Positions 56,002-64,000 of a stretch of DNA of 64,000 nucleotides are shown piece by piece. Under the pieces are notes generated by a model. It saw only the letters and a program-made list of their open reading frames with translations, was not told the DNA's origin and ran no database searches. This stretch comes from a virus: positions 32,187 to 96,186 of IMG/VR virus record IMGVR_UViG_3300034759_000344. One strand, 5' to 3'. Both the position numbers and the translations under genes were made by a program. The first letter of the stretch is position 1; each line of letters opens with the position of its first letter.

Positions 56002-56714
56002 GAGTTGAGAGTATTGATGAAGTTTTGTTTACTTCCTAAAATAGTATCTTCTCTTTGCACCAAGTACTGATTGGGAAGCTCCACTTCCCTGCCCTGCAGG
56101 TCTTTAATGCCCCGGGCTTCATGAAGGATGTTGACCACTACATAAACCACCGGTGCCTGCAGGCGTATGCTGATACGTACATCATCGGGTATGTTGATGA
56201 AGGTAATGGTATCGATATCAAAGGTGTAGTCCACTCCCTCTACCAAAGTGTAAAGGCTTCCGTCATCAGCAATACGCTTAATGCTCTCTATGGAAGTTAT
56301 GGCTCTCGGAAACTTAAAGCTGTCTCCACTTTTTATAAAAGTCTCCAAGAACACTCCTTCGAAGTTGGGGAAAAGCAAGCGGTCACGCATGCCCAGCTTA
56401 ATATAGCTTTGGGTGGTAATGTAAGCGGTACCAAATACCCACAGTCCCGGCTGGGCGAATTGAGGAATGGCTTCTAACCTGGTGAACACTACCTGAATGT
56501 CGCTGTCGTAAGTGTAGGCATAGCCCCTTCCATAACAGTAAGAACAGTAAGAATTAGGTACACCGTTTAAATCCACACAGGGACAGATGTGGGCCTTCCA
56601 CCACTGTACGCTGACTCCCCGCTCGGATATAAACTCATCTGCCTTTTCAAGATGCAGGGTAGCTGCCTGGTAGGGAATGCGGATACCGCCAAATTTAAGC
56701 GACGACAAAGTCAA
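55998..56714 (-). CDS. Head-tail adaptor/closure protein
   Basis: WWKA..CPC......C.YC.GRG, GTA.IT, RDR. Confidence 0.75.
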   Translation of the reverse strand: MTLSSLKFGGIRIPYQAATLHLEKADEFISERGVSVQWWKAHICPCVDLNGVPNSYCSYCYGRGYAYTYDSDIQVVFTRLEAIPQFAQPGLWVFGTAYITTQSYIKLGMRDRLLFPNFEGVFLETFIKSGDSFKFPRAITSIESIKRIADDGSLYTLVEGVDYTFDIDTITFINIPDDVRISIRLQAPVVYVVVNILHEARGIKDLQGREVELPNQYLVQREDTILGSKQNFINTLNS

Positions 56715-57414
56715 TCCCCCTAAAGGAATGAGCTACTTGATCGAAGAAGAGCTGAATGTCTCTACGATACTCTTCAATTTTAGGGTGCTTGGAAAAAGCA
56801 GTAGTGGACTGAGACACTCCGTCTACTGTTATGGATTGAGAGCCCACATTAGGACCTACTACCAGGTCCATGAAGGTTTCGGCCAGGTTAACGCAAACCA
56901 TCTTGGCCAAAAGCTCTTTTAGGGCATCGGGAACCGGGTCAAATCCAGCTGTGTAAGTTATTCTCCACAATTTAGGAGCATACTGCCATTGGCGGAAGAT
57001 AATAGGAAGCCACATACCAGAAGAAGTAATCATTACCGTTCCCAAAGCTCCAAAGGTCGGAAAGAGCTGAATTTGACCTTTACCGTGGCTGGCTCTTACC
57101 CACTCTTTGTTGAACTCCAGCACGGAATAGTTGGTAAATACCATCTCTACTTTGTCTATAGAAATTATCGGGCGGCGGTAAAGGTCGATGTATGCCCAGG
57201 ACTGGTAATCCTGTACATAGTAGTCGTGCTCTTCTACAAACTGCCTAGGCTCTATCTGCACGTTTAGAGCACGCTGGAGTCTATCTTGAGCTGACTCTAT
57301 ATACGCTGATAAAACAGAATCTGGGAGCGGATTTCCAGATGCATCTCGGATATCCAGCCCCCAGAGATAGTTGTTGCGTACGTAGTCAGGTGTAATAACC
57401 GCCACAAGCATCAC
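56695..57414 (-). CDS. Head completion (neck) protein
   Basis: YL.G.DIRD..GNPLPD, EEHDYY, GQIQLFP, Y.AG, SITVDGVSQS. Confidence 0.78.
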   Translation of the reverse strand: MMLVAVITPDYVRNNYLWGLDIRDASGNPLPDSVLSAYIESAQDRLQRALNVQIEPRQFVEEHDYYVQDYQSWAYIDLYRRPIISIDKVEMVFTNYSVLEFNKEWVRASHGKGQIQLFPTFGALGTVMITSSGMWLPIIFRQWQYAPKLWRITYTAGFDPVPDALKELLAKMVCVNLAETFMDLVVGPNVGSQSITVDGVSQSTTAFSKHPKIEEYRRDIQLFFDQVAHSFRGIDFVVA

Positions 57415-57420
57415 CTCGCT

Positions 57421-57789
57421 TTAGCGCTGGTGACCTTGGACGACTGTCTTAAATCCCAGCACGTTTAAGTAGTTTTCATTGCTACCAAGATCCGGAGTGA
57501 AAGTGATTACCAGCGACTTTTCCAGATTGAAGTTCATAGATATCTTAGGACTGAACTCCAGTCTTTGAGCTATGCGGGTTTTGAACACTGTCTCTCCGCC
57601 GTACTCTACGGTAAGTACCCCATTGCCATACACTACAAAATCGGTAAGCGAAACTGCTAGACCGTCCTGTACGGGAAAAGAGTAATTTAAAGCAGAACCA
57701 TCGGTACTTTCTAAAGTAATGCTAAAGGGGCGGTTAAGCAGTACGTAGTACTGGTTTACACCTAAACTCAGTGAAGCCAGCCTTTTCAA
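57421..57789 (-). CDS. Hypothetical protein
   Basis: 122 aa in the head operon. Confidence 0.5.
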   Translation of the reverse strand: MKRLASLSLGVNQYYVLLNRPFSITLESTDGSALNYSFPVQDGLAVSLTDFVVYGNGVLTVEYGGETVFKTRIAQRLEFSPKISMNFNLEKSLVITFTPDLGSNENYLNVLGFKTVVQGHQR

Positions 57790-57803
57790 ATTAGCTCACC
57801 CCT

Positions 57804-58145
57804 TTATTCCTCAGGTTCTGCTTCTGGTATTTCTTCTTTAGGCTCTTCTTCTTCTTCTTTTTTCTTCTTCCTGGATTTTTTAACTGGTTTTTCTTCTTCT
57901 TCCAAACTGCCAAAAGGTTTAGAATCTATACTGGAGAAGGCTTCTATAGGCTCGGATTTGGGAAGATCCTTTGCCTCCTCAACAGGTTCAAAGCCAGGTA
58001 TTTTTAGAAGAGCCAAATACAGCTCCCGATCATTGATTTCAGCTATTCCGTTGTTGTCAAACTGAATGACGCCTTGAGCGGTTATAGAACGCAGTCCTTT
58101 AAGGCGTAAGTTGCGTATTTTTGGCATATACATTTCCCCTTTCAA
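57804..58145 (-). CDS. Small head-associated protein with charged tail
   Basis: G.IQFDNNG.AE...LLKIPGF; follows the MCP. Confidence 0.6.
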   Translation of the reverse strand: MKGEMYMPKIRNLRLKGLRSITAQGVIQFDNNGIAEINDRELYLALLKIPGFEPVEEAKDLPKSEPIEAFSSIDSKPFGSLEEEEKPVKKSRKKKKEEEEEPKEEIPEAEPEE

Positions 58146-58156
58146 TCTATGTTAAG

Positions 58157-58181
58157 CGGGAGGGGGGATCCCCCCTCCCGC
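58157..58181 (-). terminator. GC-rich hairpin after the major capsid gene
   Basis: GCGGGAGGGG/CCCCTCCCGC stem. Confidence 0.55.
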
Positions 58182-58201
58182 ATTACCAAGGGTTGGTTAG
58201 A

Positions 58202-59641
58202 TTAGAACTCCAGGCTGGAGTCATCCAGACGCCCAATGTTCTTAACGACAACCCACTTACGTGGTGCGTACATAATCAGAACGCCGTACATGAGCAGGAT
58301 CCAACGGATTGCCGGTTGGATCTGGGCCAAGGGCACCTGGGTAAGCGGAAGGAGTTCTTTCCACTCTAATACGTTGGGTGAGAGTTCGCCGAGGAACGCA
58401 GTATAGGTTCCGGGCATGGTGTCGTTGACGTCTTTGAAGGTGGTGGTACCGCCGGAAGCAATGCTGGCAGCAGGTACAGAAGCTATCCAGTAGTACTTAC
58501 CTCCGTTATCGCTGCGGTAAATGTTGAAGTAGGCAGGAGCATTCACTACCGAAGCAGCATTGGTAATGGTAAGGGTGACCGATTTCTGAAGATCACCAGA
58601 GGTTATGCTGACTGCAGCTGATTCTACCGGAGCAGATTCACCGTAGCGGTTTACTGCAGTAACTTTATACTGGACAGTAAGACCGGTAGCACCAGATTTT
58701 GCCCAGTCTCCGCCGTCATCAGCAAGGCTGAGTTCAGCGGTTACGGATGCAGGAGCGGTAGCTGCACTAGCATGAGTGGCTGCCTCAGGAGGCTGTTTGA
58801 GCGGGCAGCGCAGATCTCCAATACCAAGGAAGAAGGTGGACTCGATGTCAATCGGTCCTGCCTGAGTGAAGAGCTTGGTTACTTCCGGGCCAGCAGTAGC
58901 ATTGCTAGGCGCAGGAAGGAATGCTCTCTGCAGGGTCATGAATTGTTTCAAGATGTCGCTGTAAACGGCTGGCGGTAGATAGAATTTGTTAGGAAATCCA
59001 TAGTTGTCCATGACTAGCTGGACGATGTTGTTCACTACGGGTTCGGTAAGCGGCTGGCCTTCCATATCGTAGGTATTCTCTACCAGGTTGTAGAGACCGT
59101 CAAACTCCAGCCATTCTGAACCACCGATGTTGAGTTTGGAGTTGCCCCAGAAGAGAGCCCATTCCAGCTGACGTGCAATCTGACGAGCACCAGCCAGGTT
59201 TTCTGCGGCAACTGCATTCATGATGTAGGTATTTACCAAAGTGGTTGGGTGGGTGATCCAACGGAGAGTTCCCAGATATTTAACGTATGCTACACCTCTT
59301 TCGAAGTTAGCATACTCTTCAGGTGGGTTTTCACCTGCGGGAACAAACACGTTGTTGTTGGACTGAGTATAGCTGGTCAAACGAATGAACTGTTCAACGG
59401 TTGAGTAAGCTTTGCCTTTTGGTATATCTCTAAAGAATTTAAAATGCTGTTCAGTATAGGTAACTACCTTGAGAGTTTTGTCTACAACTTCCATACGCAG
59501 CGGGGTAATACCAGAGGTCATGTTAAATGGATTGACCTCATACCCCATATCTACTGCTTTTTTAAGCTGCATTATTGCCTGCTGATCATTAAGGTCAAAC
59601 CCAAGATCGCTGGGAGTTGCTAATCCTAAAGTGTAGGACAT
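58202..59641 (-). CDS. Major capsid protein (SPO1/Herelleviridae-like)
   Basis: LRMEVVDKTLKVVTY, AYSTVEQ, EWALFWGNS, LEFDGL, YKVTAVN..GES, YG.L..YAPRKW. Confidence 0.93.
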   Translation of the reverse strand: MSYTLGLATPSDLGFDLNDQQAIMQLKKAVDMGYEVNPFNMTSGITPLRMEVVDKTLKVVTYTEQHFKFFRDIPKGKAYSTVEQFIRLTSYTQSNNNVFVPAGENPPEEYANFERGVAYVKYLGTLRWITHPTTLVNTYIMNAVAAENLAGARQIARQLEWALFWGNSKLNIGGSEWLEFDGLYNLVENTYDMEGQPLTEPVVNNIVQLVMDNYGFPNKFYLPPAVYSDILKQFMTLQRAFLPAPSNATAGPEVTKLFTQAGPIDIESTFFLGIGDLRCPLKQPPEAATHASAATAPASVTAELSLADDGGDWAKSGATGLTVQYKVTAVNRYGESAPVESAAVSITSGDLQKSVTLTITNAASVVNAPAYFNIYRSDNGGKYYWIASVPAASIASGGTTTFKDVNDTMPGTYTAFLGELSPNVLEWKELLPLTQVPLAQIQPAIRWILLMYGVLIMYAPRKWVVVKNIGRLDDSSLEF

Positions 59642-59679
59642 AGATATATCACACCTCCGAGTGTTATCTCAAATAAGGT

Positions 59680-60390
59680 TTAGTTTATTCCAAGCAGTTG
59701 TTTAGTATTACTAGAAAGAACTTCAACGTTTTTGAAGGCGTTGAAGGAAGCAAACTCAGCTTCAGAAACTTTGCCTTCAACAACCAAGTTGAAGAGCTTG
59801 TCCAGAATTTCATCAGGAGAAAGCGATTTCTTCATTTCTTTACCTTTGTCGCTGTCTCCAGGAAATCTCTGGGCAGCGTCGACTTTTACTGATTTACGAA
59901 CTGGGGTCTTCTCAACTTTCTCCAGACGACCAGTCACCTCTTCTATTTTGGTGGAAAGGTTGTCCACAAATGTGCTGACTTCAGTTATCGACTTGGCCAG
60001 AATCTTCACAGCCTCGTCTTTCTTTTTGAGGGATTCCACCAAAGCATCCACTTGAGAAGCCCAGTTATGCATAACATCCTGAAGAGACTTAAGAACGTCT
60101 TCCACTTTGAGTTCTTCTTTGGTAGTCTCTTCCTGTTCTGCATCTTCTTCAGCCTCTTCAGCAGCCTTTGCAGTTTCCTGCTCATCACTCTGCTCTGCTT
60201 TGGCTTCACCAGTATCCACTTCTTCGGAACCTGCTTCAGCGCTCTTTTTGAGCTCAGTTTCTTCTTCAGATTCCGACTTGTTGAGGCTTAACAGGGCCTC
60301 AATCTCTTCCACTGATTTCTTGATGATGTTAGAAAGCATGTTGTAATGCACACCTCCATAGTTACTGTTTGATTTCGTCATAAGCCTCAA
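59680..60390 (-). CDS. Capsid scaffolding protein
   Basis: Acidic/coiled-coil with repeated xxKS motifs; probable start at MHYN/MLSN after GGAGGT. Confidence 0.75.
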   Translation of the reverse strand: MRLMTKSNSNYGGVHYNMLSNIIKKSVEEIEALLSLNKSESEEETELKKSAEAGSEEVDTGEAKAEQSDEQETAKAAEEAEEDAEQEETTKEELKVEDVLKSLQDVMHNWASQVDALVESLKKKDEAVKILAKSITEVSTFVDNLSTKIEEVTGRLEKVEKTPVRKSVKVDAAQRFPGDSDKGKEMKKSLSPDEILDKLFNLVVEGKVSEAEFASFNAFKNVEVLSSNTKQLLGIN

Positions 60391-61126
60391 GTACTCTTAA
60401 ACACCTAGGACAGGTAAGTATGGAGTACAAGAATGCTTCTTCTCGGGTTAACTCTCCTTTGTTGAGGAGATAGGTTTTGAACTCATTGCACTTTTCCAGA
60501 ATAAAGCACAGATTTTTGAGAGCTTCATCTACTGACTCAGCGCGTAAGGCAGCTATACCTTCCGTCATTTCATGAGGATTAACCACATACCCAACATCCA
60601 CAGCCTTAACCAGCGACTTTACCAAAGCATCCATGGTAGCTTGAGGATTAACCGGACGCTTGGTAATAGCCACTTCGTAGACTTTGGCTTTGGATATGAC
60701 GGTATGACCTCCATCCGGAGATGCTTGATGCGGCTTCTCTCCTTCATAAGCCTCAATCTTCCCTTCCAGTGAGAAGTAGAGAGTTCGGGGGGAGTTGCTC
60801 TTTTTGAGGGTGACCACCAGATCCCAGATCTTATCAGCCAGAGGAAGTCCTTTAAAAAGCTCTCCAGCTACATAAAAGCCGTCTTCGGCTACATAGCATT
60901 CTTCTTTGTAAGGGTAGCCGACTATGGCATCGGGGGTATTCTGGTGATCCCAGTTAAAGAAACCATAGTCAACAAAGTAGGATATGTCTAACCCCTTTTG
61001 CAGAACGTAATGACCAACTGTATCCAGATCCGGTGTTGAGGCTTTTCCAAATATGTATCTTTTACCCTCACCGGAATCGTTGTAGGACTTTTCAATATCC
61101 ACTTCTATGTTGCAAAGCACTTCCAT
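60362..61126 (-). CDS. Prohead protease
   Basis: IFGKASTPDLD, FNWDH, FSLEG, VAIT..PVNP.AT. Confidence 0.88.
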   Translation of the reverse strand: MEVLCNIEVDIEKSYNDSGEGKRYIFGKASTPDLDTVGHYVLQKGLDISYFVDYGFFNWDHQNTPDAIVGYPYKEECYVAEDGFYVAGELFKGLPLADKIWDLVVTLKKSNSPRTLYFSLEGKIEAYEGEKPHQASPDGGHTVISKAKVYEVAITKRPVNPQATMDALVKSLVKAVDVGYVVNPHEMTEGIAALRAESVDEALKNLCFILEKCNEFKTYLLNKGELTREEAFLYSILTCPRCLRVLEAYDEIKQ

Positions 61127-61156
61127 TGTTAGGCATCACCTCACACTACAGTATCC

Positions 61157-61191
61157 CTACTGCCCGGCCGGGGGGCTGCCGGGCAGTAGAG
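61157..61191. other. Strong 12-bp GC hairpin between the portal and protease genes
   Basis: CTACTGCCCGGC/GCCGGGCAGTAG. Confidence 0.6.
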
Positions 61192-61241
61192 CCAGGAAGG
61201 AGGAAGGGAGGTGGGGCGAGGAGAGAGGACCGGAATATTCA

Positions 61242-61352
61242 TCACACCTCAGAATTTGGTTTATTGGTTTCAAACTGAGGTTGACCAGTTTTGAAAGTAG
61301 GCTGTCCAGTTCTCAAAGTAGGCTGGACAGAAGGTTCTTTTACGTCAGACAT
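61242..61352 (-). CDS. 36-aa ORF with 7-aa repeats
   Basis: MSDVKEPSVQPTLRTGQPTFKTGQPQFETNKPNSEV; AAGGAGG SD; overlaps the portal stop. Confidence 0.4.
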   Translation of the reverse strand: MSDVKEPSVQPTLRTGQPTFKTGQPQFETNKPNSEV

Positions 61353-62907
61353 CTTTATTACTCCTCCTTAACTTTAAATTTTCCTTTATGAGTTCCTCTA
61401 GAACCCTTAACTGCTCCCGCTTCCATTCATACTCCATCTCCCTAAGCTTAAGCTGGTAGTTGATGTACTCGGGAGCAAGAATGATATCACCATTGGGAAC
61501 TTCCGGAAGATCCTCTTCCCTGCGCACCTCATTGATGGTTTTATAAGTGCGCAGCTCAATTTCCTGGGCCTTGAGCTTCTCCATTCCCATTCTCCGATCA
61601 AGGCCCTCAAACACAAACACATAGTTAGGGTTAATCTTCCACACTATGTGTCTAGTGATAGTACTAGCAATAAAGTCTAAAAGAGGATAAAGACCTTTAT
61701 CCCGGGACTGCCTAAGCTTGTTCTCGTAGGAGTTATCAAATAAAGCCGATTCATGAGAATCTGATCCAGAACCACCGCGGGAAGGAAAGTTAATCTCAGC
61801 AGGGTCTATACAATACACAGCGCAGATCACATTGACCAGGTAGTCCATCCACTTACCAAACTCCATATCATGGTTGGACTTCTGAAGCTCTATAAACTGC
61901 ACATCAGGAGCAGAGATAATCGGCATCTTCCAAGCACCGACTAAACCTGCAACCTGCGCCTGCCACTGCCTGCGAAAATCATCCAGCCTCTCCTTGGTAA
62001 GATTACCACCCTTAAAATTCAAAACCCCTTTAGGCAGAGCGCCCTGGCTAAAATACCGGGAATTGTACTCAGATGCATTCAGATGCGCAGTAATTTCTTT
62101 AATCAGCATCTCAAGCTCCGAGTACCCATACCCGTACGAATTTATATGCGACCGGGGATAAAAAACAGCATAAGCAAGCTCGTCATAAGTAAACTCCGCA
62201 ACCTTCTCCCCGTTAACTATTTGAATATACCCTACATCATCCGGAGTAGGATCAGTGTACCTCCCATCCCCTTCTTTATGCGGAAGCACTATCCTAATAG
62301 TCGAAGCATCAACCGCATAAAACGCAACCAGCTCCCCATTCCTATTCCTGACCAGCTCTATACACACTGCATCATAAACCAGCCTATCCCTAACTATCTT
62401 CTTTAAAAACTCTCCAAACCCATCCCGAACACTTCCATCCTCTACCCCGCAGTTCAGGATGAAATTCTCTATCTCAGTAATCTCTTTTTTAGTTTTCTCG
62501 TCTATCTCCTGCTTAGGATCCAGAGGCCTAACCTTAAACCCAATCCTGTCGTCCCTCAACCGAGCAGGATAAGAAAACCTAGAAACCTGATTAATCCGGG
62601 TATTAATAATCGCAGAAACTATTGCATTACGCTCCGACATCCTGCGGAGCAGCTCAAAAGACAGAGTGGCATCTCTTTCCTTAGCCTCAAAAACAGTAAT
62701 CAAATTCAAAGGATTAATATCCCAGAACTTAGGCCTCTTCCTGGAACGCCTCTTACCCTTATACAGTTTGTTACTGCTATCAATCTCAATAGCCTTCTTT
62801 AACTCTTCTTCACTGCGAGCAGTAAGAGCAGCCTCAATTCTTTCATCTATTTGCTTTTCGTACTTTTCACTTCTCTGAGTATTGGAAACAGACTTGCGGT
62901 TAACCAT
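61345..62907 (-). CDS. Portal protein
   Basis: AIINTRINQV, AVDASTIR, YGYSELE, F.QG..PKGVL, DMEF.KW, IDPAEI, TINEVR; ATG at 62907 after AAGGGGG. Confidence 0.93.
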   Translation of the reverse strand: MVNRKSVSNTQRSEKYEKQIDERIEAALTARSEEELKKAIEIDSSNKLYKGKRRSRKRPKFWDINPLNLITVFEAKERDATLSFELLRRMSERNAIVSAIINTRINQVSRFSYPARLRDDRIGFKVRPLDPKQEIDEKTKKEITEIENFILNCGVEDGSVRDGFGEFLKKIVRDRLVYDAVCIELVRNRNGELVAFYAVDASTIRIVLPHKEGDGRYTDPTPDDVGYIQIVNGEKVAEFTYDELAYAVFYPRSHINSYGYGYSELEMLIKEITAHLNASEYNSRYFSQGALPKGVLNFKGGNLTKERLDDFRRQWQAQVAGLVGAWKMPIISAPDVQFIELQKSNHDMEFGKWMDYLVNVICAVYCIDPAEINFPSRGGSGSDSHESALFDNSYENKLRQSRDKGLYPLLDFIASTITRHIVWKINPNYVFVFEGLDRRMGMEKLKAQEIELRTYKTINEVRREEDLPEVPNGDIILAPEYINYQLKLREMEYEWKREQLRVLEELIKENLKLRRSNKDV

Positions 62908-63098
62908 ATAATCCCCCTTGCTAAATCTATCCACTATATAATATTCAACTAAACCTGCATTTAACTTAATTTTGAGCACATAAACCTATAAAAAATCTGC
63001 AGTTAACTTAAAAAACTACACAAAACAGCACAATAAAAATGCAGTTAAATTAGAAAACCATGAAGAAATAAATCAGAATAAAACACCTAACTTCATTC

Positions 63099-63147
63099 TG
63101 TTTTTAACACAAATAAAGAGCAAATACTTTTACTTGTGTTAAAAACA
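63099..63147. repeat. Palindrome copy 2
   Basis: TGTTTTTAACACAA...TTGTGTTAAAAACA; 29 bp identical to 8491-8519. Confidence 0.85.
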
Positions 63148-63192
63148 TAGAAGTAGAACCAGAAGGTCTATCTCATTCTACAACCTCACTAC

Positions 63193-63243
63193 TGTTTTTA
63201 ACACAAATAAAGATCCGAGACTCTTTTACTTGTGTTAAAAACA
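63193..63243. repeat. Palindrome copy 3
   Basis: Same arms, different loop. Confidence 0.85.
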
Positions 63244-63444
63244 TACTCTTCCTTCAGTTTTCTAAATCCAAACTTTCTAAATTTAGCTTTAGAAATACTG
63301 ATATAGAGAAGTTTCATTTTATCACTAATTTTAACTAACCAGCGACAGAAGTCGTCCACTTCTATAAGTGGGTGATGAATGTCGCTCGACAATTCCTTCC
63401 TTTATGATATAATCAGTATTAGAGGAAGGAGTTGAGCAAATACA

Positions 63445-63846
63445 ATGCGATTAGATACCAACAACCATTCAGTATTCTTGTTATATTATCATCTTGTTTT
63501 GGTAACTAAATATAGAAGAAAAGTTATTGATGACAATATATCAAATAGACTAAAAGAAATATTTGAGAAAATACAAGATAATTATAATATAACATTACAA
63601 GAATGGAATCATGATAAAGACCATGTGCATATATTATTCAAAGCACATCCTAACACAGAGTTGTCAAAATTCATAAATGCATATAAAAGCGCTTCATCGA
63701 GATTGATAAAGAAAGAGTTTCCTGAAATCAAGCAACAACTTTGGAAGGAATATTTTTGGTCAAGAAGCTATTGTTTGCTTACTACAGGTGGTGAACCAAT
63801 TGAAGTAATTAAAAGATATATAGAATCACAAGGAAAGGAGGCGTAA
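63445..63846 (+). CDS. tnpA: Y1 HUH transposase
   Basis: YHLVLVTKYRR, DHVH, FWSRSY, YIESQ. Confidence 0.95.
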   Translation: MRLDTNNHSVFLLYYHLVLVTKYRRKVIDDNISNRLKEIFEKIQDNYNITLQEWNHDKDHVHILFKAHPNTELSKFINAYKSASSRLIKKEFPEIKQQLWKEYFWSRSYCLLTTGGEPIEVIKRYIESQGKEA

Positions 63847-63848
63847 AC

Positions 63849-64000
63849 TTGCTAAAAGCATATAAATACAGAATATACCCAACAAAAGAACAAGAAGAAT
63901 ATCTATCTAAAGTATTTGGTTGTGTGAGGTTTATATACAACAAAATGCTTCATGATAAAATAGAACATTACAAACAAACAGGAGAAATGCTAAACAATAC
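63849..64000 (+). CDS. tnpB: TnpB, N-terminus only
   Basis: TTG start after AAGGAGG; MLKAYKYRIYPTKEQEEYLSKVFGCVRFIYNKML. Confidence 0.9.
   Translation, partial: MLKAYKYRIYPTKEQEEYLSKVFGCVRFIYNKMLHDKIEHYKQTGEMLNN

Larger units (their letters stand above)
63335..64000 (+). mobile_element. IS200/IS605 element (tnpA + tnpB), runs off the window
   Basis: Follows TTTAA; left-end hairpin CCACTTCTATAAGTGG within AGCGACA...TGTCGCT. Confidence 0.9.

Noticed and set aside
1-64000. tRNA/rRNA genes, integrase, terminase
   Set aside because: None recognised in the window; tRNAscan was not run

Overview
This window is about 64 kb of a large contractile-tailed (myovirus) phage genome with an SPO1/Herelleviridae-like gene set; sigma-A-type promoters and strong SD sites suggest a Firmicutes-like host (inference). 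Positions 1-10 kb (+) hold a replication module: SF2 helicase, DnaB-like helicase, primase, family A DNA polymerase with an N-terminal uracil-DNA-glycosylase domain, and a prim-pol. Positions 10-63 kb (-) hold portal, protease, scaffold, capsid, neck, sheath, tube, chaperones, tape measure, baseplate, tail fibres, lysis genes and a second fibre/decoration cassette. The terminase is not in the window. Main highlights: (1) two radical SAM/SPASM maturases and two small proteins with a shared leader and Tyr/Ser/Asn/His-rich tails sit inside the tail-fibre operon, a candidate RiPP-like system for modifying virion fibre tips. (2) There are about nine IS200/IS605-family pieces: an intact IscB with omegaRNA, a tnpA-tnpB element, four orphan TnpB-type omegaRNAs and three IscB ends. 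One omegaRNA guide matches a nearby intact gene that differs at the putative TAMs and in the seed. (3) A ~50-bp palindrome occurs once inside the prim-pol gene, at an apparent strand-skew switch, and twice upstream of the portal gene (candidate origin). (4) There is a likely +1 frameshift in the tail chaperone. (5) A 7-repeat propeller varies at two codons that are always NNC. All product calls come from motif recognition by eye, not database searches.
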